Part shown: positions 1 through 8,806 of the stretch, one piece after another
Layout: every line of letters begins with the position of its first letter
Numbering within the stretch: the first letter of the stretch is position 1
NCBI GenBank assembly: GCA_036149055.1
Contig: JAYZQJ010000254.1
Span: 1 to 61,285, forward strand
Direction: 5' to 3'
Length of the DNA stretch: 61,285 nucleotides
From: Myxococcota bacterium
Lineage (GTDB): Bacteria; Myxococcota_A; Polyangia; Polyangiales; Sandaracinaceae
Notes under the pieces: generated by a model
What the model was told of the DNA's origin: nothing
Database searches by the model: none
Seen by the model: only the letters and a program-made list of their open reading frames with translations
Made by a program: the position numbers and the translations under genes

Positions 1-13
1 CGGCGCAGCGGGG

Positions 14-39
14 GGGCGGGGGCGGACCCGCCCCTGCCC
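14..39 (-). terminator. GC-rich hairpin downstream of small lipoprotein gene
   Basis: GGGCGGGGGCGG (14-25) / CCGCCCCTGCCC (28-39) inverted repeat, one mismatch, just past the stop at 47; no U-tract. Confidence 0.3.
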
Positions 40-46
40 AGAAAGC

Positions 47-289
47 TCAGTACTCGTCGACCGGATCGTCGTCGGACTCGCCCTCTTCGCCCATGTCGTC
101 GGGATCGTCGTCGTCCCCGACGTCGACGTCGATCGCGGCCTCACCCTCGGTGATGTCGCCGCCGGCCGAGGCCTCGACGTCGCCGTCCTCGGTGCCCGGG
201 TCGTCGTCGACGCTCGCGCCCGCGCTCCCGCACGCGCTCAGGACCGCCATCAGGCCGAGGGCCTGCAGAATCATCAGAAAACGCTTCAT
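47..289 (-). CDS. Small acidic lipoprotein
   Basis: MKRFLMILQALGLMAVLSAC signal peptide with lipobox, then Asp/Glu-rich tail; ATG at 289 preferred over the ORF-track start. Confidence 0.7.
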   Translation of the reverse strand: MKRFLMILQALGLMAVLSACGSAGASVDDDPGTEDGDVEASAGGDITEGEAAIDVDVGDDDDPDDMGEEGESDDDPVDEY

Positions 290-387
290 GTTCGTTCCTT
301 TCGGCAATCCGGGCTTCCGCCCGTGCCGCCGGGCAGCTAGATCCCCGCGCGCTCGATGAAAACCCCCGAACGTGCGACGGTCCCCGC

Positions 388-1194
388 ATGATCCGTGGCC
401 TCATCGGTGTGGTGCACCTCGCCCCGCTCCCCGGCGATCCCGCCCGGGGCGCGTCCTTCCAGGAGACCCTCGACGCGGCGGCGCGGGACGCCGACGCGCT
501 CGCCGAGGGAGGCGCGGCCGCCATCGTGGTCGAGAACTTCGGGAGCGCGCCGTTCCCCAAGGGGACGGCCGAGCAGCCCACGCCGCCGCATCAGATCGCG
601 GCGCTCACCCTGGCCGCGGCCCGGTGCGTGGAGCTCGGCGTGCCCGTCGGCGTGAACGTGCTGCGCAACGACGCGCGCGCGGCCCTCGGCGTCGCCGCGG
701 CGGTGGGCGCCGCCTTCGTGCGGGTCAACGTGCACGTGGGCGCCTACGTGACGGACCAGGGGCTCATCGAGGGGCGCGCCTTCGAGACCCTCCGCTACCG
801 CGCGGCGATCGGCGCCGACGACGTCGCGATCGTGGCCGACGTCCGGGTCAAGCACGCCGCGCCGCTCGCCGCCGTGCCCGTGCCCACCGAGGTCGAGGAC
901 GCGCTGAAGCGCGGCAAGGCCGACGGCGTGATCGTCACCGGCGCCGGCACCGGCAAGGGCGTGGACGCGGCGCTGCTCGCCGAGGTCCGGGGCGCCGCCG
1001 GGGACGCGCCGGTCTGGATCGGCAGCGGGCTCACCCCCGACACCGCGCCCCGGCTGGCTCCGCTCGCCGACGCCGCGATCGTCGGCACCTGGCTCAAGCG
1101 AGGCGGCGACGTGAAGAACCCGGTCGACGCCGACCGGGTCCGCCAGATGGCCGACGCGCTCGCCGCGCACCTGCGGCCCGCGCCGGCGCTATAG
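388..1194 (+). CDS. btpA: BtpA/SgcQ family TIM-barrel protein
   Basis: IGVVHLAPLPGDP, VENFGSAPF, GVNVLRND, ADVRVKHA and VTGAGTG motifs. Confidence 0.9.
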   Translation: MIRGLIGVVHLAPLPGDPARGASFQETLDAAARDADALAEGGAAAIVVENFGSAPFPKGTAEQPTPPHQIAALTLAAARCVELGVPVGVNVLRNDARAALGVAAAVGAAFVRVNVHVGAYVTDQGLIEGRAFETLRYRAAIGADDVAIVADVRVKHAAPLAAVPVPTEVEDALKRGKADGVIVTGAGTGKGVDAALLAEVRGAAGDAPVWIGSGLTPDTAPRLAPLADAAIVGTWLKRGGDVKNPVDADRVRQMADALAAHLRPAPAL

Positions 1195-1206
1195 TGGTGC
1201 GCGCGC

Positions 1207-2148
1207 ATGGCCTCGCCGCGGAGACACCTCCCCTCGCTCTCGACGCCGATCATCCTGGCGTCGATCGCCGTCCCGATCGCGATCGCGCTCCTCACCGGGT
1301 GGACGCTGATCTTCGCCCAGAACCTCGCCGAGGGCGACGACGTCGCGGCGAACGTCTGGCTCCTCGTGCTCGGCGTGATCGCGTTCGTCACCCTGATGAG
1401 CGTGATGATCATGTTCGCCGTCTTCCTCGGCCGCGAGATCCTCGAGGTGCGCCGCCAGGACAGCTTCATCGACTCGGTCACGCACGAGCTGCGGAGCCCG
1501 CTCGCGTCGCTCAAGCTCGGCCTCCAGACCCTCGGGCGCGCGGGGCTGCCCGAGGAGAAGCGGGAGATGATGCGCGAGATGATGCTCGACGACGTCGACC
1601 GGCTCAGCGCCTTCGTCGACGACATCCTGCAGGCCAGCCGGCTGGCGCACGACCGGGACAAGATCGGCATGGACCTCGGCGACGTGCCGCTGCGGGAGCT
1701 CGTCGAGGACTGCGCCGACAGCGTGAGCCAGCGGCATCACCTCGCCGAGGACGCGATCGAGGTCATCGTGCCCCCCGAGCTGACGGTGATCAGCGACCGC
1801 GTGGCCTTGACGGTGGTGATCCGGAACCTGATCGACAACGCGGTGAAGTACTCCGACGAGCCGGTGAAGGTGGTGGTGAGCGCGGTGAAGGATCGCGACG
1901 TCGTGCGCATCGACGTGACGGACCGCGGCATCGGGATCCCCGAGCGCGACCTCAAGCGCGTGTTCCACCGCTTCTATCGGGTCTCGAGCGAGGGCGTGCG
2001 TCAGCGCCGCGGCACCGGGCTCGGCCTCTTCGTCGTCTCGGCCCTGGTGCGCAACCTGGGCGGTCGGGTGGAGGCGGCGTCCGAGGGGCCCGGCACGGGG
2101 ACCACGATGCGGGTCTCGCTCCCCCAGGCTCGACCGGAGGCGGCGTGA
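1207..2148 (+). CDS. Membrane sensor histidine kinase
   Basis: Two TM helices, H-box VTHELRSPL, N-box NLIDNAVKY, DRGIG, GTGLGL. Confidence 0.93.
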   Translation: MASPRRHLPSLSTPIILASIAVPIAIALLTGWTLIFAQNLAEGDDVAANVWLLVLGVIAFVTLMSVMIMFAVFLGREILEVRRQDSFIDSVTHELRSPLASLKLGLQTLGRAGLPEEKREMMREMMLDDVDRLSAFVDDILQASRLAHDRDKIGMDLGDVPLRELVEDCADSVSQRHHLAEDAIEVIVPPELTVISDRVALTVVIRNLIDNAVKYSDEPVKVVVSAVKDRDVVRIDVTDRGIGIPERDLKRVFHRFYRVSSEGVRQRRGTGLGLFVVSALVRNLGGRVEAASEGPGTGTTMRVSLPQARPEAA

Positions 2149-2150
2149 CG

Positions 2151-2861
2151 ATGGACGAGCTCAAGCTCCTGGTGGTCGAGGACGAGGAGCACCTGGCCGC
2201 GGGCCTCAAGCTCAACCTGGAGCTCGAGGGCTACGAGGTGGACCTGGCGGGCACCGCGCGGGAGGCGGGGGAGCGGCTGCTGAAGCCCGACGGCTACGAC
2301 GCGATCGTGCTCGACGTGATGCTCCCCGACATCGACGGCTTCGAGCTGTGCAAGAAGCTCCGGCGCAGCGGGAACTACACGCCGGTCATCATGTTGACGG
2401 CGCGCAGCTCGGCCGAGGACCGGGTGAAGGGCCTCGAGTGCGGGGCCGACGACTACCTGGTCAAGCCGTTCGAGCTCGACGAGCTGCTCGCGCGGGTGCG
2501 CTCGATGGTCCGGCGCCGCGCCTGGGAGCGCAGCTCGGAGGAGAGCCTCCCGAACGCCAGCCGCGCCCAGTTCGGCGAGGTCCAGGTGGACTTCGAGTCC
2601 CACGAGGCCACCGTGCGCGGCCAGCGGGTGGAGCTCACCCGGCTCGAGCTCGACCTCCTCCGCTACTTCGTCGAGAACCCCGGCCGGGTGCTCAGCCGGG
2701 ACGAGCTGCTCGAGCAGGTCTGGAAGCTCCGGAACTACTCGTCGGCGCGCACCGTGGACAACTTCATCTCGCGGCTCCGCAAGCACTTCGAGCCCGACCC
2801 GTCGAACCCCCGCCACTTCCTCAGCGTGCGGGGCGCCGGGTACAAATTCGTGGCCGGCTGA
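2151..2861 (+). CDS. OmpR/PhoB-family response regulator
   Basis: LLVVEDE, LDVMLPDIDG, ADDYLVKPF, winged-helix RTVDNFISRLRK and VRGAGYKF; it is the C-terminal part of ORF 372..2861, ATG at 2151. Confidence 0.93.
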   Translation: MDELKLLVVEDEEHLAAGLKLNLELEGYEVDLAGTAREAGERLLKPDGYDAIVLDVMLPDIDGFELCKKLRRSGNYTPVIMLTARSSAEDRVKGLECGADDYLVKPFELDELLARVRSMVRRRAWERSSEESLPNASRAQFGEVQVDFESHEATVRGQRVELTRLELDLLRYFVENPGRVLSRDELLEQVWKLRNYSSARTVDNFISRLRKHFEPDPSNPRHFLSVRGAGYKFVAG

Positions 2862-2880
2862 GACGCCCAGCGTCTCGGAA

Positions 2881-2957
2881 TGACACACGAAAGTCACCAA
2901 TTACCGAACGGTGACATTCGCTGACCGAACCGTGACGCGGCGCGACCGAACGATGAC
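2881..2957 (+). promoter_or_regulatory. Phased direct repeats, probable response-regulator binding array
   Basis: ACCGAACnRTGAC at 2903, 2924 and 2945, exact 21-bp period, upstream of the desaturase. Confidence 0.6.
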
Positions 2958-2980
2958 CGACGGCGGGGACGCCGGATCCT

Positions 2981-3913
2981 ATGGTCCGGAGCATGAGCTC
3001 CTTCCCCAGCCGGACCCCCATCCTCGCGTCCTCCGAGGCGGAGGCGGAGGCCGCCCCCACGCGGAAGCACCGCTACGAGTGGGGCGCCATGATCCCGTGG
3101 TTCCTGACCCACCTCGCCGTCCTGGGCGCCGTGTGGTCGGGCGTGACCTGGCAGGCGGTCGCGGTGCTCTTCGGGCTCTTCTTCTTCCGCATCTTCAGCG
3201 TCACCGCCTTCCATCACCGGTACTTCTCCCACCGCACGTACTCGACGAGCCGGTGGTTCCAGTTCCTGATGGCGTGGTCGGCGCAGACCAGCACCCAGCG
3301 CGGCGTGCTCTGGTGGGCGGCCCATCACCGGGCGCACCACCTCTACAGCGACACCGAGCGGGACATCCACTCGGCCAAGCAGGACGGCTTCTGGCATTCG
3401 CACGCCGGCTGGATCTTCTCGGACAACAGCGAGACCGACTGGAAGCGCATCAAGGATTTCGCGAAGTACCCCGAGCTGCGCTGGCTGAACACCTGGTGGC
3501 TCGTGCCGACGGTGGTGACCGGCGTCGCGGTGTTCCTCCTCTTCGGCTGGTCGGGGCTCTTCCTCGGCTTCTTCGGGAGCCAGATCCTCGCGTGGCACTC
3601 GACCTACGTCATCAACTCCCTCTGCCACGTCTGGGGCAACCGCCGCTGGGACACCAAGGACACCAGCCGGAACAACCTGTGGCTCGCGCTCCTCACCTGG
3701 GGCGAGGGCTGGCACAACAACCACCACCACTACATGAACAGCTGCCGCCAGGGCTTCTACTGGTGGGAGATCGACCCGACCTACTACGTCATCAAGATGC
3801 TCAGCTGGGTCGGGCTGGTGTGGGACATCAAGGAGCCGCCGGCCAAGGTCCTCGAAGACGGGCGTCGGCGGGACGCCGAGCGACGGCAGAACCGACGCGC
3901 CGCCTCCGCCTGA
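2981..3913 (+). CDS. Acyl-CoA/acyl-lipid (delta-9-like) fatty acid desaturase
   Basis: His boxes HHRYFSH, HHRAHH, HNNHHH; GEGWHNNHH and WWEIDPT motifs. Confidence 0.92.
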   Translation: MVRSMSSFPSRTPILASSEAEAEAAPTRKHRYEWGAMIPWFLTHLAVLGAVWSGVTWQAVAVLFGLFFFRIFSVTAFHHRYFSHRTYSTSRWFQFLMAWSAQTSTQRGVLWWAAHHRAHHLYSDTERDIHSAKQDGFWHSHAGWIFSDNSETDWKRIKDFAKYPELRWLNTWWLVPTVVTGVAVFLLFGWSGLFLGFFGSQILAWHSTYVINSLCHVWGNRRWDTKDTSRNNLWLALLTWGEGWHNNHHHYMNSCRQGFYWWEIDPTYYVIKMLSWVGLVWDIKEPPAKVLEDGRRRDAERRQNRRAASA

Positions 3914-3970
3914 GCGTCGAGTCTTTGACGATCCGCCGGCCGCTGTCGGCGGATCGTTCCGTTCAGGGTG

Positions 3971-3985
3971 TGGCACGCCGGTTGC
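3971..3985 (+). promoter_or_regulatory. Sigma54 -24/-12 promoter
   Basis: TGGCAC-GCCGG-TTGC, exact consensus, upstream of the GGDEF gene. Confidence 0.75.
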
Positions 3986-3998
3986 CAAGGGATCGGGC

Positions 3999-4649
3999 AT
4001 GCCGCTCGTCGCCGAAGCCCTGACCGCGCTCGCCAGCGCCGAAGATCCGACCCTCGCCCGCGAGGCGCTGAGACAGGCCCGCCAGGCGCTGGGCGAGGAC
4101 GCGGCCCGCTACGAGCCGCTGATGGAGCTGCTCTGCCGCCGGGCGACCGAGCTGGCGCGCCTGCGCCGCCTGGCCGGGAGCGACGAGCTGACCGGGCTGG
4201 CCAACCGCCGCGCGTTCAACCTGGCGCTCGATCGGGAGCGCGCCCGCTTCGAGCGCGGGAGCGCCGGCCCCGCGGTGGTGCTGATCGACCTCGACGGCAT
4301 GAAGGCGATCAACGACGAGCTCGGCCACGCGGCCGGCGACGAGGCCCTCCAGCACACCGCCGAGGCGCTGCTCGAGGCCGTGCGCGCGAGCGACCTGGTG
4401 GCTCGCCTCGGCGGCGACGAGCTCGCCTTGCTCCTCCCCGAGACCACCGCCCAGGGCGCCCGCGCCGTCGCCGAGCGCGCCCGCCGCTTCATCGAGCAGC
4501 GCTCCGTCCGCGGCCGCCCGCTCCGCGCGAGCGTCGGCTGGGCCGTCACCTCCCGCCGCGACCCGGAGGCCCTGCTCGCCACCGCCGACGCCCGCCTCTA
4601 CGCCGACAAGCGCCGCCGCCGCGCGCGAGCGTCCTCCGCCGCGGCGTGA
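3999..4649 (+). CDS. Diguanylate cyclase (GGDEF)
   Basis: DELTGLANRR, DLDGMKAINDELGHAAGD, RxxD I-site (RASD), GGDEL. Confidence 0.9.
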   Translation: MPLVAEALTALASAEDPTLAREALRQARQALGEDAARYEPLMELLCRRATELARLRRLAGSDELTGLANRRAFNLALDRERARFERGSAGPAVVLIDLDGMKAINDELGHAAGDEALQHTAEALLEAVRASDLVARLGGDELALLLPETTAQGARAVAERARRFIEQRSVRGRPLRASVGWAVTSRRDPEALLATADARLYADKRRRRARASSAAA

Positions 4650-4733
4650 AGACGCGCGAGGGTTGCGACCGCACCTTCGTAACCGGGCTGTCGCTGCCCG
4701 GCGGCCAGCCCCCATCCCGCCGCCACCCAGCTC

Positions 4734-4901
4734 CTTTGCGGCATTGCGTCTTTTCGAGAGCCAATTCCACGCGCAGCAGCCAAGCGCGCACCCGAGTGGC
4801 CGGCGGCCAGGCTCCGTCCCGAGGCCAGGTCTCTGCGCCTCTGCGTCTCTGCGAGAAATTGCCGCTCGGGCACGGGCACGGGCACGGGCAGGGGCACGGG
4901 C
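4734..4901. repeat. Intergenic short-repeat tract between convergent genes
   Basis: CTCTGCGCCTCTGCGTCTCTGCGAGA (4831-4856), a degenerate copy CTTTGCGGCATTGCGTCTTTTCGAGA (~4734-4759), and five GGGCAS hexamers (4868-4897). Confidence 0.7.
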
Positions 4902-4914
4902 GTTCTCGCCCCCG

Positions 4915-6600
4915 CTAGCGCGGGGGGAGAACGTGCTCGATCGCGGAGACCAGCTCCGACGCTCTGCACGGCTTGCTCACTCGCCGGATGTCCGGCTCCT
5001 CCGTGGTCGCGTCGTCGCCGCTCACGAGCACGACGCTCGCGTCGGGGCGGAGGCGGCGGGCGGCGCGGACGAGCTCGACGCCGCTGATCTCCGGCATCTG
5101 CTGGTCGGTCACCAGCACGTCCCAGGCGCCCGCCTCGAGCGCGGTCAGGGCGTCGTCGGGGCCGGTCGCGACGACGTGGTAGCCGGCGTCCTCGAGCAGG
5201 GCCGCGAGCACCCGCCGGACCTCGACGTCGTCGTCGACGAGGAGCACGCGGGCCGCGCTCGGGTCGGCGTCGGGCAGGGCGACCTCGCCGCTGACCGGCT
5301 CGTCCTCGATGAGCGGCATGCGGACCTCGAAGGTCGTGCCCTCGCCGGGGGCGCTCTCGACCGACAGCGTCCAGCCCTGCTGCGCCGCGATGCCGTGCAC
5401 GCTCGCGAGCCCGAGCCCGGTGCCCTTGCCGCGCTCCTTGGTGGTGAAGAACGGCTCGAAGATGCGCGCCCGGGTCTCCTCGTCCATGCCGACGCCCTCG
5501 TCGTGCACCGCGAGGACCACCTCGTCGCCCCGGGGGCGCGCCGTCACCCGCACCGTGCCACCGTCGGGCATCGCGTCGCGCGCGTTGGTCACCAGGTTCA
5601 GGAGCACCTGCTCGATCTGACCGCGGTCGGCGAAGACGGGCAGCTGCCGCTCGGCGCGCAGCTCGAGGGTCACGTGGTCGCCCAGCAGCCGCGGGAGCCA
5701 CTCCCCGAGCTCGTCGAGCACCCGGCTCAGGTCGAGGGCGCGCGGCTGCCAGGCCTGGCGCTGCCCGAACGCGAGGAGCTGACGGGTCAGGTCGGCGCCC
5801 CGGGTCGTCGCGTCGAGGGCGAGCTTCAGGTAGCGGTCCTTGCGATCCGAGGGAGTCTGCTCGCGCTGAGCGACCTCGAGCGCGCCGGCCACCACCTGGA
5901 GCAGGTTGTTGAAGTCGTGCGCGATCCCGCCCGCCAGCCGCCCGAGGGCCTCGAGCCGGTGGCCCTCCGCGAGGGCCCGCTCGAGCGCCGCGGCCTCCTC
6001 GCGGGCGCGCTCGAAGTAGGCCATCAGCACGCCGCTCGGCACGAGCAGGCCGAGGAAGGTGCTGAGCGCGTAGCCCCAGACCTTCGCCTCCTCGACGTCG
6101 CCGAGGAGCGAGTAGGCCAGGCCGTGCAGGGCCCACAGCCCCAGCGCGCCCGCCGCGGCGATGCGCCCCAGGCCGCCCGCGAAGGCGTTCCAGAGCGCCC
6201 ACGCCACCAGGACCCGGATCAGCGCGACCACGATGGTGACCGGCACGTGCCACCAGAAGAACGAGATCTGCTCCTGGTAGATGAAGACGACGACCATCCA
6301 GCCGGCGACGCCGAGGAGCGGCAGGTGCAGCCACGGTCGGGGAGGGCGACCGCCGACCCGGAACGCGCCCTCGAGCAGCAGCCCGAGCGCGGCGACGAAG
6401 GTGAAGCCGCCCCCGAAGAACGTGACCGGGTTCACCTCGGCGAGGGAGAACAGGTGCCGCACGGCTTCCAGTGTCCACGCGAGCGCGAACCAGCTCATGC
6501 CGGGGCTGCGCTCGCGGACGTGGAGCGCACCGAAGACCACCGCGGCCAGCAAGTTCGCCAGCGCGACCGACAGGACGGCCGGGACCGGGTAATCGGTCAC
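4915..6600 (-). CDS. Hybrid sensor histidine kinase (multi-TM, HisKA, HATPase, REC)
   Basis: [36 protein letters not shown]-terminal receiver VLLVDDD...TDQQMP. Confidence 0.92.
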   Translation of the reverse strand: MTDYPVPAVLSVALANLLAAVVFGALHVRERSPGMSWFALAWTLEAVRHLFSLAEVNPVTFFGGGFTFVAALGLLLEGAFRVGGRPPRPWLHLPLLGVAGWMVVVFIYQEQISFFWWHVPVTIVVALIRVLVAWALWNAFAGGLGRIAAAGALGLWALHGLAYSLLGDVEEAKVWGYALSTFLGLLVPSGVLMAYFERAREEAAALERALAEGHRLEALGRLAGGIAHDFNNLLQVVAGALEVAQREQTPSDRKDRYLKLALDATTRGADLTRQLLAFGQRQAWQPRALDLSRVLDELGEWLPRLLGDHVTLELRAERQLPVFADRGQIEQVLLNLVTNARDAMPDGGTVRVTARPRGDEVVLAVHDEGVGMDEETRARIFEPFFTTKERGKGTGLGLASVHGIAAQQGWTLSVESAPGEGTTFEVRMPLIEDEPVSGEVALPDADPSAARVLLVDDDVEVRRVLAALLEDAGYHVVATGPDDALTALEAGAWDVLVTDQQMPEISGVELVRAARRLRPDASVVLVSGDDATTEEPDIRRVSKPCRASELVSAIEHVLPPR

Positions 6601-6632
6601 CGTTCCGTCCTATCGCGGTTCGGCGCGGAGAG

Positions 6633-8108
6633 CTACCGCGCTCGCGCCACGACCCGCACCCCGTCTCGCGGGCGCAGCGTGACCAGCGGCTGTGGGGTGA
6701 CGGCGTGGCCGGGCACGAGCTCGAGGTGGAAGCGCCGGGCGAGGGTCGCGAGGATCAAGACGCCCTCCATCATCGCGAAGCCGTGCCCGATGCAGAGGCG
6801 CGGGCCGCCGCCGAAGGGGAAGAACGCGAAGCGGTCGATGGCCTTCGGGTCTGCGAAGCGATCCGGGTCGAAGCCCTCCGGGTCGGACCAGATCTCCGGG
6901 TGGCGGTGGGTCACCCAGGGGCTGAGGAACACGCGGGATCCCGCGGGGAGGAGGTAGCCGTCGAGCTCGATGTCCTCGAGGGGCGCGCGGGCGATGATCC
7001 AGGCCGGCGGGTAGAGGCGCATCGACTCCCGGAAGACCTGCTGCGTGTAGGCGAGGCGGCCGTAGTCCGCCGTGGTCGGGTCTCGATCGCCGAGCACCTC
7101 GCGCAGCTCGTCGGCGAGCCGGCGGGCGACGTGGGGGTGGCGACCGAGCAGGTAGAACGTCCAGCTCAGCGCGTTGGCGGTGGTCTCGTGGCCCGCGAGG
7201 AAGATGGTCATCACCTCGTCGCGGAGCTGCTCGTCGTCCATGCTTTCGCCGGTCTCGGCGTCGCGCGCCTCGAGCAGCATCGAGAGCAGGTCCTCGCCTC
7301 CCTCGCCGGCGCGGCGCCGCCGGATGATGTCGAAGACCGCGTCGTCGAGCACCGCCTTCGCGCGCTGGAAGCGGCGGTTGGCGGGGGTCGGCCAGTCGTC
7401 GGGCGGATCGATGACGCGGGTGAAGCGGCGGTTCACCTCGCCGAGCACGTAGGACACGGAGTCGCCGATGCGGTCCCCGTCCCCGGTGGGCTCGGCGCCG
7501 AGCAGGGTCTCCTGCACGACCCGCAGGGTGACGTGCATCATGTCCTTCGAGACGTCGAAGGCCTCCTCGCGCCGCGCGCGCAGCGCCCACTCGTCCGCGA
7601 GCTGGCTGGCCGCGGTCACCATGCGCTCGCCGAAGCCGTCGATGCGTCGCTTGTGGAACGCCGGCTGGGCGATCCGGCGCTGGCGGAGCCAGAACGAGCC
7701 CTCGCTGACGAGCAGCCCGTTGCCGAGCATGCGCGCCATGTTCTGGCGGCCCTGGATCGGCTTGACGAAGTCGCGGTGGCGCTCCTGCAGGACGGCGCGC
7801 ACGAGCCGCGGGTGACAGAGCAGGTGGGCGGTGGTCCCGGCGAGGCGGAGGCGCACCACGTCGCCCACCTCGCCGCGCCAGCGCAGGAACGAGGTCAGCG
7901 GGTCGCCCACCCCCTCGCGCAGGTGGCCGAGGATGCGGTCACCCGGGGTCGGCGAGGGCGCGAGGCGGGTGCCGGGCGGGTGCGCGGGCGCGCCGTGCGT
8001 GAGCTGATAGAGGAACTTCTTCGCGCTCTCCTGCCAGAGCGGGCGCAGGAGGCCTCGCTCTTCGAGATCGATCTTGTCCGGGTGCGCGACCGACGTGGCT
8101 GCGTTCAT
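6633..8108 (-). CDS. Cytochrome P450
   Basis: AGHETT I-helix, ExxR (ESMR), heme motif FPFGGGPRLCIG. Confidence 0.95.
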   Translation of the reverse strand: MNAATSVAHPDKIDLEERGLLRPLWQESAKKFLYQLTHGAPAHPPGTRLAPSPTPGDRILGHLREGVGDPLTSFLRWRGEVGDVVRLRLAGTTAHLLCHPRLVRAVLQERHRDFVKPIQGRQNMARMLGNGLLVSEGSFWLRQRRIAQPAFHKRRIDGFGERMVTAASQLADEWALRARREEAFDVSKDMMHVTLRVVQETLLGAEPTGDGDRIGDSVSYVLGEVNRRFTRVIDPPDDWPTPANRRFQRAKAVLDDAVFDIIRRRRAGEGGEDLLSMLLEARDAETGESMDDEQLRDEVMTIFLAGHETTANALSWTFYLLGRHPHVARRLADELREVLGDRDPTTADYGRLAYTQQVFRESMRLYPPAWIIARAPLEDIELDGYLLPAGSRVFLSPWVTHRHPEIWSDPEGFDPDRFADPKAIDRFAFFPFGGGPRLCIGHGFAMMEGVLILATLARRFHLELVPGHAVTPQPLVTLRPRDGVRVVARAR

Positions 8109-8740
8109 GGCTCCCCCTCTTCGTCATGCGTGGCGCCTCGCCGGATCAGCGAGAGCATCTGGGCGTGGATCCGCTCGCGCGAGACGTCTTCGTCGCCGAT
8201 CAGCAGCGAGCGGGTGCGGACCCCGGTGAAGAACCCGATGATCCCGGCGACGGTGGCGTCGACGTCGAGGTCCTCCCGCAGCACGCCGCGCCTCTGCCCC
8301 TCCCGGACCCAGGCGCAGCCGAGCGTGTGGATGCGGCGGTGGAACTCCTCGAAGTGCGGGCGCAGCTCCGGGCTCGGCCCGATCGCCTCGAACATCAGGA
8401 CCTGGAACAGCCGCCCGGTCTCCGGGTGCTCGTCGGCGAAGCGGCGCTGCGCCTCCATGAACGCCTGGAGATCGTTGGCGCCGAAGTCCCGCTCGGTCGC
8501 GCCGGGCGCGCCGATCACGTGCTCCGAGAACGCCTGGAAGCAGGCCTCGACCACCGCGAGCAGGAGCCCCTCCTTGGAGCCGAAGTGGAACGGGATGACG
8601 CCGTGGCTGATCCCGGCCCGCTCGCCGATCGCCTTGAGCGAGGTCGCCCGGTAGCCGCGCTCCGAGAAGAGCGCGATCGCGGCGTCGATCACCGCGCGCT
8701 TGGTCCGGGCCGACTGCTGGGCTTTCCGCACGCCCTCCAC
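8105..8740 (-). CDS. TetR/AcrR family regulator
   Basis: N-terminal HTH: AIALFSERGYRATSLKAIGERAGISHGVIPFHFGSKEGLL; overlaps the P450 start; true start may be GTG 8731. Confidence 0.9.
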   Translation of the reverse strand: MEGVRKAQQSARTKRAVIDAAIALFSERGYRATSLKAIGERAGISHGVIPFHFGSKEGLLLAVVEACFQAFSEHVIGAPGATERDFGANDLQAFMEAQRRFADEHPETGRLFQVLMFEAIGPSPELRPHFEEFHRRIHTLGCAWVREGQRRGVLREDLDVDATVAGIIGFFTGVRTRSLLIGDEDVSRERIHAQMLSLIRRGATHDEEGEP

Positions 8741-8747
8741 TCTAGGG

Positions 8748-8773
8748 TTCTATTTTGAACGGTCAATATAGAA
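8748..8773. promoter_or_regulatory. Probable TetR operator overlapping a sigma70-type promoter
   Basis: AT-rich near-palindrome TTCTATTTTGAACGGTCAATATAGAA; on the minus strand TTGACC-N16-TAGAGT. Confidence 0.7.
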
Positions 8774-8806
8774 AATGGCGGGCCGTCTTCGGCTACCCTG
8801 GGCTCC

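Noticed and set aside
372..2150. N-terminal ~590 aa of ORF 372..2861, and similar long extensions of ORFs 10425, 14673, 16986..22556, 31709, 36934, 42960, 44507, 52481..55984 and 55159..58602
   Set aside because: Arg/Gly/Pro-rich off-frame read-through of neighbouring genes in GC-rich DNA; only the distal parts have family motifs, so these are not real fusions
2881..2957. Possible mini-CRISPR array
   Set aside because: 13-bp repeats with 8-bp gaps are far too short and no cas genes are present; fits a transcription-factor array
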